A stretch of 64,000 bases of DNA from a virus. Below the pieces are notes generated by a model. The model worked only from the letters and a program-made list of their open reading frames with translations, ran no database searches and was not told the DNA's origin. The stretch is from IMG/VR virus record IMGVR_UViG_3300020054_000866, positions 45,823 to 109,822 of that record; one strand, written 5' to 3'. Each line of letters opens with the position of its first letter. Position 1 is the first letter of the stretch. The translations under genes and the position numbers were made by a program. Below, one piece after another: positions 50,101 to 55,589 of the stretch.

Positions 50101-50721
50101 GCGTCGCTGCATTCTCGCGCGAAGCGAGCGAGCAGCTCTTGAGTTGCCACCGATGCCGAAGCCACCAACAGCAACAATGCTAAGAGGCTCCGGAGCAATA
50201 GCGTCGTCGAGGCGCAGGTAAGTTGGCACAGCACCTGACGGCGCGACAGACAGACGGGTGAACGCGTGAACTCTCTCTGACGAGCCGGGGAACGCCGAGT
50301 ACGCGGCTGAAACAAGCGCGCGATAGCTGTCATCAATGAACGGGTCAGCCGCAAGCCAACGAGCATTCGCGTGACGAAGCGACGCGCTGTTCATCTTATG
50401 ACTCTTTGTCGACGCCGGATGCGACACTGGAAGCAAATCGCAGTGACGCATCGACTGAGAAGTTTGTGTATTAGAAGTGCAGAGTGAGATAAACTGTGAC
50501 ACCTCGCGAAGAGCGTTGAACACTCTTACTCGAGGGTCGTGCGTCACTGTTCGCGCCAGTGAACGGTTCGCTACAGCAATCGCAGCAGCAACAGCAACTC
50601 TGCGCTCCGGAAGAACGCGGCTGTTCGCATCAGCAACAAGCGCAAGAACGTCGGTACGGATCTTTATTCCGTACTGATGAATGAACTTACTCTTTGCAAC
50701 ACTTCTGTTTCTTGTTTTCAC
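35155..50721 (-). CDS. Giant (5188 aa) polyvalent multi-enzyme protein, probably virion-packaged
   Basis: Uninterrupted 15.5-kb ORF in head module with WYL-like, ART-like (x3-4), PI3/4K/HipA-like kinase, DEDDh exonuclease, UvrD helicase and NUDIX motifs. Confidence 0.9.
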   Translation of the reverse strand: MKTRNRSVAKSKFIHQYGIKIRTDVLALVADANSRVLPERRVAVAAAIAVANRSLARTVTHDPRVRVFNALREVSQFISLCTSNTQTSQSMRHCDLLPVSHPASTKSHKMNSASLRHANARWLAADPFIDDSYRALVSAAYSAFPGSSERVHAFTRLSVAPSGAVPTYLRLDDAIAPEPLSIVAVGGFGIGGNSRAARSLRARMQRRDRYGRFAFMGGGFSFNLDLDGSIFSVSGRVVGASGDDDIEIEITDSPSLPGGIYALPSSKGVSSKAIISREALKEIPEVELDRVTGGRESLVREGEISRLDAPTGWSRADSGDAGFEQFVSDDGYFVRKNLETGDYSLHRADLTDNSIGEKVADGKSWADVQRAAKDDSPAYEKVLQEAADAEGATEFPTRDSQIADVIDRALKSDYIREDVLEREEIENDIATIVSEPNGSGLITDIDDDGIDILYTHDRDGNKLDSPETRTVAWGDVTEDFQEVSFRPEEQEDFYGELERIVEGAREVDAAEARFPSGEKMFDDSREAYEAWKNQIGAGPRDMTYEEWRKWINSRADEPGVFPKDVFPDGYPISPMDTSRIVEERRKEEEREKKEAERAERDARKAIEKFLEEERRDLFPPVKPVKPRPKRDDKKAKELEQMTDEELMAELAKHGKRAERPFDRGYSLFADKSEYSASSIIAELQSRGYEVAKSGPRKPKYYGDYAAGDEGYTVYRPGQAGMFFPELDSGKPAAETPSRDSQITDVMDRVIDYDKSKGDETGRPGTTLKKVDRQPSEKDELERGIATIVQGPNGYGVVTESDEDGFDVTYTHDENGVRLSSPDTQRVSWEDVADFDKISFYYGDDDTEDFYGELEDIVEGKTPEGQVPVSSSEYREGSISAEYEGELAEVFLEEPSPGNYIVTAIVRAPEDAEEDVEVAFRADSSDPSVTDFDAEIRDNFGQEVLDFFKPTDDDITPPTEGDGSDPLSPMNTKPKGDGVQIAFPMVEEDFTEDLVKRVNDAGGYIEENDSLYDSLDGSPLGMGDERKVVVTFDKPRLTPEEARSFLGDAETDGALNARFSNDDEENAELFQKLTEGDGDPDIFDGVTPDIDPELYTGGPADITDTSFFGIRSAIEDAMEAGGTVRFMYSGKERTFTPSRIYSNPKNGLTNVVGFLDVDGEMEERTFSIDKISPMPSESKTPSGISPEFESEFDSMFEVPDGAHKVDIYSMYEPRGRTDETSEDYTDDPSELSTRFSQEELAKALREAVMPSESGDRAEGLGNLEFSDGDETVPAEALYEALQMSGVDADIILAGIYDSAFDDPNRVSNVERLQEFKGDMFDSPEYSPARSEIPQTQGEADRVTAQKAQRTGQSLDNERAQRAVELMRSHEETNPKIKEIADQIIFGRSDDPVLSFDEAFERFYPLSKSDDPADREAFRAFWGIVMSIDGGDGGDLAEPDVISPEDSRMRMLGAISNILERDGVDGDIASIAEDAYYEMIEEYGQYADYINGKKAISSGSDDLSADTTAAAFYRIVSSAASPNNRPLYRVLNIHKDNPEIETLLTEGSTFSMDARPFTAQEIADGSLMSRLFFPTGVNERRIVLEVPPGEIDSLNVSDMSFVPDEQEWIGFGELQVVSVREQSNEFGVETIVQVRRADAAAPEAPSAATAYDPDADDIETWSRTGGQAGSNPGGFYETPDGRRYYVKSPRSQSHAENEVLASAFYEMLGVPAARVRLGREDGDTRIVSTLIEDADTGDFEFRVDGGDTEYLDKVRQGFVADAWLANWDSVGLVYDNIVTDGNGDPVRLDPGGSLMYRARGAEKGSAFGNNVTELDTLRDPDLNPQAASVFGDIDDATLQAAAKRLRDITPSQIDETVDSIVSDPDDAALLKERLKARRQSILDRFGIQEGQDDPDLFPDPEPLTDAMGYQAQDLVPGDITATDSFVVEKVFRDSETPKGKVSIQGYYPGHESQRKEWNEDTEIEVSRGGTTPPKGDKPALHRPKRPYSPRSQETFSGDMRDLLEGAESWEEVAEIIRGTEIVYFDYETTGIGDGELNRPVQIGAVRIVNGEVVDRFNMYMNPEFRLSDWSKENLKREDGELVTDEWLETQPSMREAHERFIEFVGDRPILGGQNVPFDTEVLQRTLGEQGLELEIGGTIDSLPMARGTLPTWSSGSPDGPSQVGRDGKRRSSNSLGPVAEYLGVELGNWHRADADAEAAWDITDAMLTRASAPDADVSTESFDGREAEKIAQDRAEYDAAMSVYKDELADYEAAKAVAAAWNCGGAGITAAVGDGEGPCDVPDPDDMINNATPDESIVDPEGVPGGATDSNVSMADALDDGVVERPEKDGVNVKDPYADEKFPPTAQQRDVVDAVLTGENVVVRALAGTGKTSTLKLIARRLKKEQPKKRIAYVAFNKSIQLEADATMPGNVESRTGDSIAWRAIGSSLTDKRKKNRFNNKPSKLANDLGITGQPSPDEPDKDMTATQVYRAINKAVTNYTISADDEIGPQHFEFDNVPDEWIAKAGEIWDDLKSPSGVLPFNNNHATKIWALSRPDLSADGSGLDYKADVIFFDEAQDINPVIGKVIADQTAQVVYVGDGNQAIYGFRGAEDELQKISAPNDLPLTKSWRFGPQIAGIGNRFLAALGSDYRIEGGGPDGKILPRGGMPDADAVLVRSNAGAVREIYRELEAGRKVGVTKSFKEDLERFVRHADWLKSGARLDDRPQMHEDLAPFSSWDEVVKSLEDEDNKKLEFLVDLVDSEGVDGLYDMLGRLIPYTTNADVSSDELPSAPPLMPSEVASGSSGEVANGVMFEVSGDRVKLSGKTFDTKESIKALGFKWNAADKSWVRSIKGDDNRARTLNELRSKLAGDGSADRPDVVVSTAHRAKGLEWDRVRIGDDFRGPRVDGETGATIMPADEELRLAYVAVTRAQKQLDPGSLEYIYGYTTEADESPNLPSAPEADVPEAPEAPEAPPVPVEIDPERRAAEVAKYNLEDLGEGELDAVGSENSYIRQMFSDTWEAWVDGQSIGTAPTQEEIVEMYNERVGEVVDSRLSASEEVAETRDEVAPGGTPESPEALEGDMPLPPPSPDEAPVDTSGAIIEEVAFDPKTQKTFGDDLSEATDDLEMVKDDIYSKGSTGKKFKDALQRAIDAISDYTDGKISLSEAVSRLRNEEDGLDEFSTSTGKTKLDYDFAHGSVRDARRILDGSVYGPAEIGKGLPPEGSGLGFSKDGVFIKPGMRVRDKWGYAGTVVRYNESGGYVNVYILKDIDHRDPDKLGEKAKKSYGPKKYIDSKGTTALTVIKDGDDNSPWIDSGKVPEGKKPKNLDSQLEELRKMGDDDGEGPMGVEPPSPKPDDSGDSGEAPAGTTEALRENVEDNRRDDAWTGEESDRPESPGTDVAQASKNITEALRDSENPEYTADDETIKDLLREEIGQTSPDDTFITISPPSGFETTIRRSDAIAVVGDSPKVDAPEGAPNNDALAEEKQLKERIKVFEAKGGLTREEAEEYVALSKRINELRFDRRKDAKASVEDVADAAERLSTLSPETNLAAYKDLFKNKGVYTAIKSAASGVFFNADTDVDKIMDGDDPETSPQDFYDAFKATREALRSQYGDTVPLFRAVGAQKKKSTTNWATTREFVEQFGDNVVEELVPVERIAAVHVTRNGKYHEVIVLDEDYDISDLVDSPTVDAESEVSEKIKNFEPDDVLYSDDDELTSEFELAGFLQSRDVADRTISLLEEYLENNSKEENEYLDDLVDVLSNALQDDDNIGLKDVVSERIEFAESDDVKKKEALRALVAFLTFFDGGILDGYGTTERYLGGALSKIDKPSSMKDVVKFAQENKLPVSYGDLLRSQLKLVQGEEQIGGEEPSVAGAFFRLLTRLSESSPYSGKMYRGIVNNESTEDFITEGSTVTIPPRSFSKDVETSEEFGDIILEVDGEDAIGVDVSELSTWDEGEVIAYGSFKVDSVEDRGDGSYYVKLVKSQKSESLEEKVKSLEENTQDTETSDVDSPVDGDDSDAGEFSDSERAIIEGAGFEPGSVEDASYRISALRIIDSQREEQGKSQSDFTEQKVQLFIENIAKAVSEKHDTYSESPSKELARDYYSIASDEWLDANLVDARHPRPTREIVVKALESLNPFRVGSPHHIAWSRVLNSQLEETYDNAGILPDYEGRLTTPQTNKVFYFIEGDLKAKVESGKWRKYIEDADPEWVEQNINSSGEISNQKSIYPLQKATYKGVEFSQIDDDVWVAESFIDRYDVNVDDPDVLLPMFIPMGDGGADSAGEGYFFSAEKQRFWGRYGAGGALISFVDDDGEVKYVLGKRATWIPGGGGKWGLPGGAHRNRRNAEDPRTTAIEETAEEIGISINALTVPDFIHENDVTQDWRYSTVGFTVSAEDAKSAKISDNETSEIKFFTADELLRMVGTGELHPSLDEFMPELLERHSEALRARAETAKMSKNFTDYSNEDPFEVDEISEVLAKEYRQIFDEQGIPETVMGNTMAVVAAVRHAYSSEIDKSERGYLGELARIRDILNFARVAAVDINYNRRPDTPDGDAKPYNGAIETQTLAMISQGDVVGASIYLHAAIGEATDPEVRAVLGEFKNALINGRFKDIEVKDDWTISKKNQSSIGKNAVGGKDSWVAVATTLRESIESIKRIMADNPEAARKVSKLFMSDPALAARVAASRFLGPGRELREDVDVLPLTSSAFDDVPSMTEAISIANSADKKSIATSTLFDGSDIEDGEVEISRVKRNFSDKVKTQMSFKLTAWAAERLTAVAKQRARDDDSGWSVSTSTGTDRMRNTVIGYALYNTFIQVDDNGVKYVGESNDIRKEDGNGRLYLDRSMQELVYQGDGFSIRIATTSSGSSYSSPYTGLYNEEGGAVQGGSDNLIADVNRVRILFDDDNPSSEVVELAMKVAGVRDPRPATEQDIELLVENRAISVLSSEGNYNNPAFTTSGANRDRIVQELRQLYPSLFDYTVATDPATGKVEIRHSQELVDALRKRIALGGGESFWHAGNLPASYSETFDDSWITESEAAAKVVLRVLGLSEPDDIGAGVPGIVSSRKRFDSGIGIEGQSSYADYGTGSAEYAYISRATPRSIQMDPTSTYSTTNYAFELDPDVILSRLDIWANETDRFGARSERDPYNEMTSFDAYEILVKGAISPSAIKKVHVGTQVRENILVSLEARGISEINGVPVEDFFVLFERIY

Positions 50722-51389
50722 GACGTTGCCTCGCCTGTGTAACGTGGTAATAGATCTCGATCTCTGCTGTATCCTAGAAGTGTCACTAAATCCTTAGCAC
50801 GGTCAAACGGGTTTTCGTCATTAGCGAGCGCGCGCTTCCACGCGGCTCGAACGGATGGAATGAACTCGTAGCCGAAGCCCGAGTACTCGGCCATCGCAAC
50901 AATTGCTTCCTCTGGAGATGCATACTCGCTCTCATCGAGAATTTCAACAAACAACTCTTCATACACCGGGCGTGTACCTGCGGTAATCGCCGAAGCGTCT
51001 TTCTTTGACGACCTCGGATGCGTCGCCGGAAGAAGATCGTTATCTTGGGTGTAGTTTGGGTTTGACGGCTTACCGGAGCGAAGAAGCTTTAGATACGCGT
51101 TCACTCTTGCCATCGCCCATTGATCTCGTGTCTTGCCTGGGCGATGAGATGTTGAAAACGCGCCTGCACCGCGGCGGTACACCGCCTTGAGCTGCCCCAT
51201 CGTCGCCTTACGGCCAGCAGACGCCTTCTTATTGTGCTCCTGCATCTTGTTGCGAAGAGCTTTTTCAGTCTTGTCTGAAAACTTTATTTTCTTAGCGTTC
51301 TTTGCCTTTGCTGAACCAGGCTTATTTTTCTTTGAGCCCTTGATTCTCTCACTCGGCTTCGCCGGAACACTGCTACTCTTTGCCATCAC
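50718..51389 (-). CDS. Basic head-module protein (DUF5824-like)
   Basis: LKAVYRRG.GAF.TSHRPG....WAMARVNAY; coupled to portal and giant gene. Confidence 0.7.
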   Translation of the reverse strand: MMAKSSSVPAKPSERIKGSKKNKPGSAKAKNAKKIKFSDKTEKALRNKMQEHNKKASAGRKATMGQLKAVYRRGAGAFSTSHRPGKTRDQWAMARVNAYLKLLRSGKPSNPNYTQDNDLLPATHPRSSKKDASAITAGTRPVYEELFVEILDESEYASPEEAIVAMAEYSGFGYEFIPSVRAAWKRALANDENPFDRAKDLVTLLGYSRDRDLLPRYTGEATS

Positions 51390-53110
51390 TGCGCCTCCGG
51401 TGGCTGTGGTGATTCTGGTTCTACGCCCTGCTGAGGCTCCGATGCCTGAGGCGGCGCTCCTTGAAGAAGTTGCTCGAGGCCGGGCGGCATCGGCGCGACA
51501 CTCTGCGCCTGTTGTGCTGCTTTAGCCGCCTCGAGAGCTTCAGGCGCGAACGCTCCAATCATCGCTTCAGTGAGCTCTGGAGTGATCATGCCTTTCTCGA
51601 AGACGAGACGCATCGCGACCTCCTGAGGAGTCGGCGCATCTGAATCACTGAAACCGTGAGTCTTACGCCAGGTGTCAAACGACACCGCCATGCGATCAAA
51701 GCCGCTATCAGCGTCTGCCGCGCGGTCATTACGAGTCGCAACGGCGCTTGGGTCAAACCAAACAACGATGCGCTCGACCTCTGTCTTATCGAAGCCGTTT
51801 GCAATCAGATAAGGACGAAGATATACAACGGTGAGCGCGTCGGCGATCAAAAGCATCAACGGCTCGATATGCGCCTTGTACAGTGACTCGTCGATCTGAA
51901 GAGCGTTCGAGTACTTCACGTTCGCAAGACCGGTGATGATGTCCTTTGGCACATCGAGGCCCTGAAGAATTCTCTCGAGCACACGGTCAGCACGCTGCGC
52001 AAGTGCTGGGTCAAATGAACGCTCGAACTTAAACTGCTTAATGCGATCGCCAAGTTCAGCAGGCCCACGAATAATCAGCGGAACAACGGCACTGGCGCTA
52101 TCCTCGTCTCGGATCGGTGTCGTCATCGCATCGATGAGTTGATCCTCGAATTCGTCACCCATCTCCTCGGGTGTCGCCTCCGGGTACATGTCGGTCGGAT
52201 CGTCAAACGGGTAGTCGGGGTCCGGAGACGCCGCGACACTAAGCCCGTCCGGAAGATACAACGCACCAGCGTTCAGACGAGAACGAGCGGTCGCACGGAA
52301 TGTTCTGTTCAGAAGCAGAAGCTCGGCGCAAAGATCAAGAAGACCGCGCAAGCTCGAATCAGCCTCGTCAGAGAATCTGGGGTGCGCGCGCCAAATGCGA
52401 CCAATAAACGCATTTCCCGGAAGAAGAACAAGACCTTGCTTTTGGTTCATGCTGCCGTTTCCACCAAGAATGTCCCGGCGAGGCGCAATTCCGTAGTTGT
52501 TCTTTTGGTCGATCTGTACCTCGTCAACTGAGCGAATGTCCCACGATTCTGGAGTGCCGGAGCCTGGCTTCGCTGGCATCTGAACGAGATAGCACTCGCC
52601 GGAGACGCTCAGGTTTAGTGCCGCATCTCGAATCAAACCAGCCTGACCACCGTACGCCGAGTCAAGACGGCTTAGCGCGCGCTCAGCGGCGCGTGCAAGC
52701 CTCTCGTCAACACGTGAGCTTGTACGCACCGAGATCGGAGTCTCCGCTGGATTATCAACTGTCGCCGCGTAGATACGAATTCTTGACGCAACGGACGCAA
52801 CAAGATTGAATGCGTACTTCACCTCGCCGATTGCGTCGTAGTACTCCCACGCCTCGCTCTGCCATGCGCTTGAATGAGCCTGGCGAGTAGCCTTGAACTT
52901 CTCGGCCTCGCTTCGATCGTTCAGACGAAGCTGAGTCGCGGCCGCGGTTAGTGTTCTCGGAGTCGAGTACGCCGCGGGTCGAGCAGGTGTGTACCCGGGA
53001 GGAAGAGCCGTCACAGGTGACGGAAGAGACGGTGGTGTGTATCGTCGTGACCTAGCAACTTCTCGGCGGTATACGCCCACAACCTTCTCCTCGTCTCGTG
53101 ACGGAGTCAA
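51386..53110 (-). CDS. Portal protein
   Basis: WQ.EAWEYYD.IGE..YA, NL.V.GECYL, IWR.HPR...ADS, RLNAG.L.LP, D.DSASAVVP (cluster-B-like portal); exact start uncertain. Confidence 0.9.
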   Translation of the reverse strand: MTPSRDEEKVVGVYRREVARSRRYTPPSLPSPVTALPPGYTPARPAAYSTPRTLTAAATQLRLNDRSEAEKFKATRQAHSSAWQSEAWEYYDAIGEVKYAFNLVASVASRIRIYAATVDNPAETPISVRTSSRVDERLARAAERALSRLDSAYGGQAGLIRDAALNLSVSGECYLVQMPAKPGSGTPESWDIRSVDEVQIDQKNNYGIAPRRDILGGNGSMNQKQGLVLLPGNAFIGRIWRAHPRFSDEADSSLRGLLDLCAELLLLNRTFRATARSRLNAGALYLPDGLSVAASPDPDYPFDDPTDMYPEATPEEMGDEFEDQLIDAMTTPIRDEDSASAVVPLIIRGPAELGDRIKQFKFERSFDPALAQRADRVLERILQGLDVPKDIITGLANVKYSNALQIDESLYKAHIEPLMLLIADALTVVYLRPYLIANGFDKTEVERIVVWFDPSAVATRNDRAADADSGFDRMAVSFDTWRKTHGFSDSDAPTPQEVAMRLVFEKGMITPELTEAMIGAFAPEALEAAKAAQQAQSVAPMPPGLEQLLQGAPPQASEPQQGVEPESPQPPEAQ

Positions 53111-53141
53111 CTAAGATTCATATGTCCGGCGAACCGGGAAA

Positions 53142-53432
53142 CTAGTTGACGCGGTCTAATATCGCGCCGGCGATGAGTGAATATGCGAGAACGCATGAGA
53201 CAAACAACGTCGGCTCTTCTGCTATTTTATACATAGATACAACAAGCGTTGCTGTGTAGACACTTGCGCACCAATTGCACGTAATCAAATATCCGAGATT
53301 GATCCGTGTTGGCGGATATCTTTTCCAAATTCTCGTGCGAAGCCCGTCAAACATCGTGTCGGTCGTCACAAAACGGGTTAGCCGTGTGGCGGCTAGTCCA
53401 AGTGCAATAAACTCAAGGGCTGTCACGATCAC
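53142..53432 (-). CDS. Membrane protein, DUF1360-like
   Basis: LA..RLTR.VT.D..F...R, YLITC.WC.SVY. Confidence 0.8.
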   Translation of the reverse strand: MIVTALEFIALGLAATRLTRFVTTDTMFDGLRTRIWKRYPPTRINLGYLITCNWCASVYTATLVVSMYKIAEEPTLFVSCVLAYSLIAGAILDRVN

Positions 53433-53806
53433 TCAGGGTCTCCTGTTGCATACATTGTTCGGTACGGGTTCCATGAACGCAAACGAGAGCCGCAGCCGCA
53501 GTTCGCATCCTTCTCAAGAACAATCACCTTTCCTGTCAACGTACGAAGACGTGCTGTTTTCTTCGCATCACGTGACAAAATAAGTGATTCTGGGTCATAC
53601 TTTTCGCGGAAAATCAGCATTGGCCCTTGATCAGAGTCAGACGCAATCATTATCGTGTCGCTCGTGATCACGGCGCGAACGGCGGTGACCATTCGTGAGC
53701 GAGGTATTCTCTCGTAGACCTGAAACGTCTCGTATTGATCACTTTCTACGGTGCCTGCCGGGCAGACCCGTGAGCGTAGTGGAAAGTTGTCATACAGAAT
53801 CTTCAT
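53429..53806 (-). CDS. Hypothetical protein with C-terminal CGCGSRLRSW motif
   Basis: ATGA-coupled ORF. Confidence 0.75.
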   Translation of the reverse strand: MKILYDNFPLRSRVCPAGTVESDQYETFQVYERIPRSRMVTAVRAVITSDTIMIASDSDQGPMLIFREKYDPESLILSRDAKKTARLRTLTGKVIVLEKDANCGCGSRLRSWNPYRTMYATGDPE

Positions 53807-54423
53807 GTTCTACTCAGTCTTCTTCTCATTGCCGAGTACGTAACATCGGCCGCGTCGGCGAGCTCACGAACTGAGACGCCGCGTTCAGCCTCGGATCTAC
53901 AGATCATTGTCAGTTCGGCGTTTGCTCGAGCGTGCGGTCCGTCGGGATTTGTGCCGGCGCGGTAGCGACGTGCGATCGGTGAGATCTCGGCGATTCTCTC
54001 TCGAGCGGCTGATGACAACTCAGGAGCGTTCGGATCAAATCGAGTAGCGATCTTTCTGGCGTTTCTGGCGTTTCTGGCGTTTCTGTCTGGCGCCGCGGAG
54101 GAAGCGGCAGCGGAGGAGGTGGATGAGGAGGGAGAGGAAAAGCTCTCTTTTTCCGCCGTCCTTAAGATTGTAGAAGAAGAAGAAGAAGAAGAAGAAGAAG
54201 AGAGGGGAGGCAATGGAAAGATGTGTGTTTGAGGTGAGTGTGTTGTGGGGCGAGTGACCCAGGCGCGCACCGTTGACCGCGTTCTCGGCGGGTCCAGGGC
54301 CTCACCAATTGCCGCGAGCGGCCAACCCGCCTTGTGGAGGGCGGTGGCTCTCGCATGGAGCGCCGGGCCCTTTAATGCACGCAAGAGACCAATCTCGGAA
54401 TTCGGTAGCCTCTTCTTCGACAC
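53803..54423 (-). CDS. DNA-binding protein with two HTH domains and a Ser-rich linker
   Basis: GWPLAAIGEAL...RSTVRAW and GVSVRELADAADVTYSAMRRR; TACTAT 6 nt before GTG. Confidence 0.75.
   Translation of the reverse strand: MSKKRLPNSEIGLLRALKGPALHARATALHKAGWPLAAIGEALDPPRTRSTVRAWVTRPTTHSPQTHIFPLPPLSSSSSSSSSSTILRTAEKESFSSPSSSTSSAAASSAAPDRNARNARNARKIATRFDPNAPELSSAARERIAEISPIARRYRAGTNPDGPHARANAELTMICRSEAERGVSVRELADAADVTYSAMRRRLSRT
54172..54201. repeat. (AGA)10 microsatellite (poly-Ser on - strand)
   Basis: Direct reading; a 9-bp tttctggcg x3 repeat lies nearby at 54053-54079. Confidence 0.9.
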
Positions 54424-54440
54424 TCTCTTATAGTAACATA

Positions 54441-54613
54441 ACGACGGCGGAAAAAAGTGTACATTTTGCGGTTGCTTTGTACATTCAGCGTTTTCTCTCT
54501 CAAATGCTCACCCGCTCTGCGGCGGATCGCTCTTCAGGGGCCTCCTCTTTTTCTGCCGCTCTTTCATTCATCGACGACGCGGAAGAAGTGTACAAATCCG
54601 ACGACTTTGTACA
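54441..54613. promoter_or_regulatory. Imperfect ~40-bp direct repeat, each copy with two TGTACA palindromes
   Basis: acgacggcggaaaaaagTGTACAttttgcggttgcttTGTACA (54441-54483) and acgacgcggaagaagTGTACAaatccgacgacttTGTACA (54574-54613). Confidence 0.6.
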
Positions 54614-54693
54614 AAGGGGCAAAGTGGTTTGGACGTGAGAGAGTGAGGCGCGTTATTCGGAGGCGCTTTTGAAACGTTTCGAGCACTTTTTCT

Positions 54694-54736
54694 GAGCGAG
54701 AGAGCGAGAGCGAGAGCGAGAGAGCTTAGCGAGAGA
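54694..54736. repeat. GAGCGA/GA-rich tandem repeat in the large non-coding region
   Basis: gagcgagagagcgagagcgagagcgagagagcttagcgagaga. Confidence 0.8.
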
Positions 54737-55282
54737 AAAGTCTCTCTTAGCGTGAGAAGTGTCACTTTTGGCAACTGTCAACTTTTTCCTGCTTGAGAGC
54801 AAGAGAGAAGTTGTGAGCGCTCTTTCTCTTGCTACTTGTCTGAGCTCTCAGAGGAGACGTTGACATGACGACGAGGTAGTCACTACTTGAGGCCTACAAC
54901 TGCCTAGGAGAATGTCGTCGACGCTTGAGCAGGCAGCTTACCTGCCTCTCCACCTCTTGAGGTCGAGACACCAGCCAGGTAGTGGTCGCCTGCTGCCTTG
55001 TGGCGTCTGAGTGGCCTCTGAGTGGTCAAGTAGGCCTTGTAGTGTGCGCCTGCCTGCCTGCCAGGCCTGCCAGGGCCATGGCCATGGCCAACATGCTTTT
55101 CTGTGGTCAAAGTCTGCCAGCGAACAGGAAAGTGCAAAGTTTTTTTCGTTGAGTGACAACGACTTCCAAGCTTTCTGCAAAAAAGTTTGGTAAAGGGGGT
55201 GTACTTTTGATCTAAAGATGATACTATGGTCTATAACAAGCCAGCCGCACCCGCAAAGGTGCAACGACGAAAGGAAAACCAA

Positions 55283-55513
55283 ATGAATATGAAGAAGCTT
55301 CCCGCACTCATCGCCACCGCGATCGTCGCCCTCTTCGGGTTTGGAATGATTGCCGCATTCATTGCTGACGTCAACAAGACGTACGACATGAGCGGCATGA
55401 CCGCATGGGAAACCGTCATCGCGGTCTCAGTCTTCCTCTTCTTCATCGGCGTCATGACTACCGCATGCGTCGGCATCTACGAGACGCTGACTGACAACTA
55501 CGACGAGATCTGA
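55283..55513 (+). CDS. Two-TM membrane protein, lone + strand gene
   Basis: SD gaaagga, upstream tgaTACTAT box, two hydrophobic helices, downstream hairpin. Confidence 0.8.
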   Translation: MNMKKLPALIATAIVALFGFGMIAAFIADVNKTYDMSGMTAWETVIAVSVFLFFIGVMTTACVGIYETLTDNYDEI

Positions 55514-55531
55514 CCGCAAAGGAGCAAGCCG

Positions 55532-55573
55532 CACGGAAAAGGCCGGGGTGAATGCCCCGGCCTCTTCCGCGTG
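55532..55573. terminator. Hairpin between convergent genes (probable bidirectional terminator)
   Basis: ggaaaaggccgggg-tgaatg-ccccggcctcttcc. Confidence 0.75.
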
Positions 55574-55589
55574 TGGTGAAATGCGGCGA

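Noticed and set aside
35155-50721. Intein, or virion RNA polymerase, inside the giant ORF
   Set aside because: No Hint/LAGLIDADG splice motifs and no DxDGD or T7-type RNAP motifs recognised
16377-53110. Numerous + strand ORFs (e.g. 18170-18853, 28330-28968, 41957-42730) and nested - strand ORFs (40878-41804)
   Set aside because: Ser/Pro-rich shadows of long real genes; no motifs or RBS
54424-55225. Short ORFs (54457-54672, 54568-54774, 54904-55137, 54938-55282) or a tRNA in the intergenic region
   Set aside because: Translations mirror simple repeats; no cloverleaf/T-loop consensus seen
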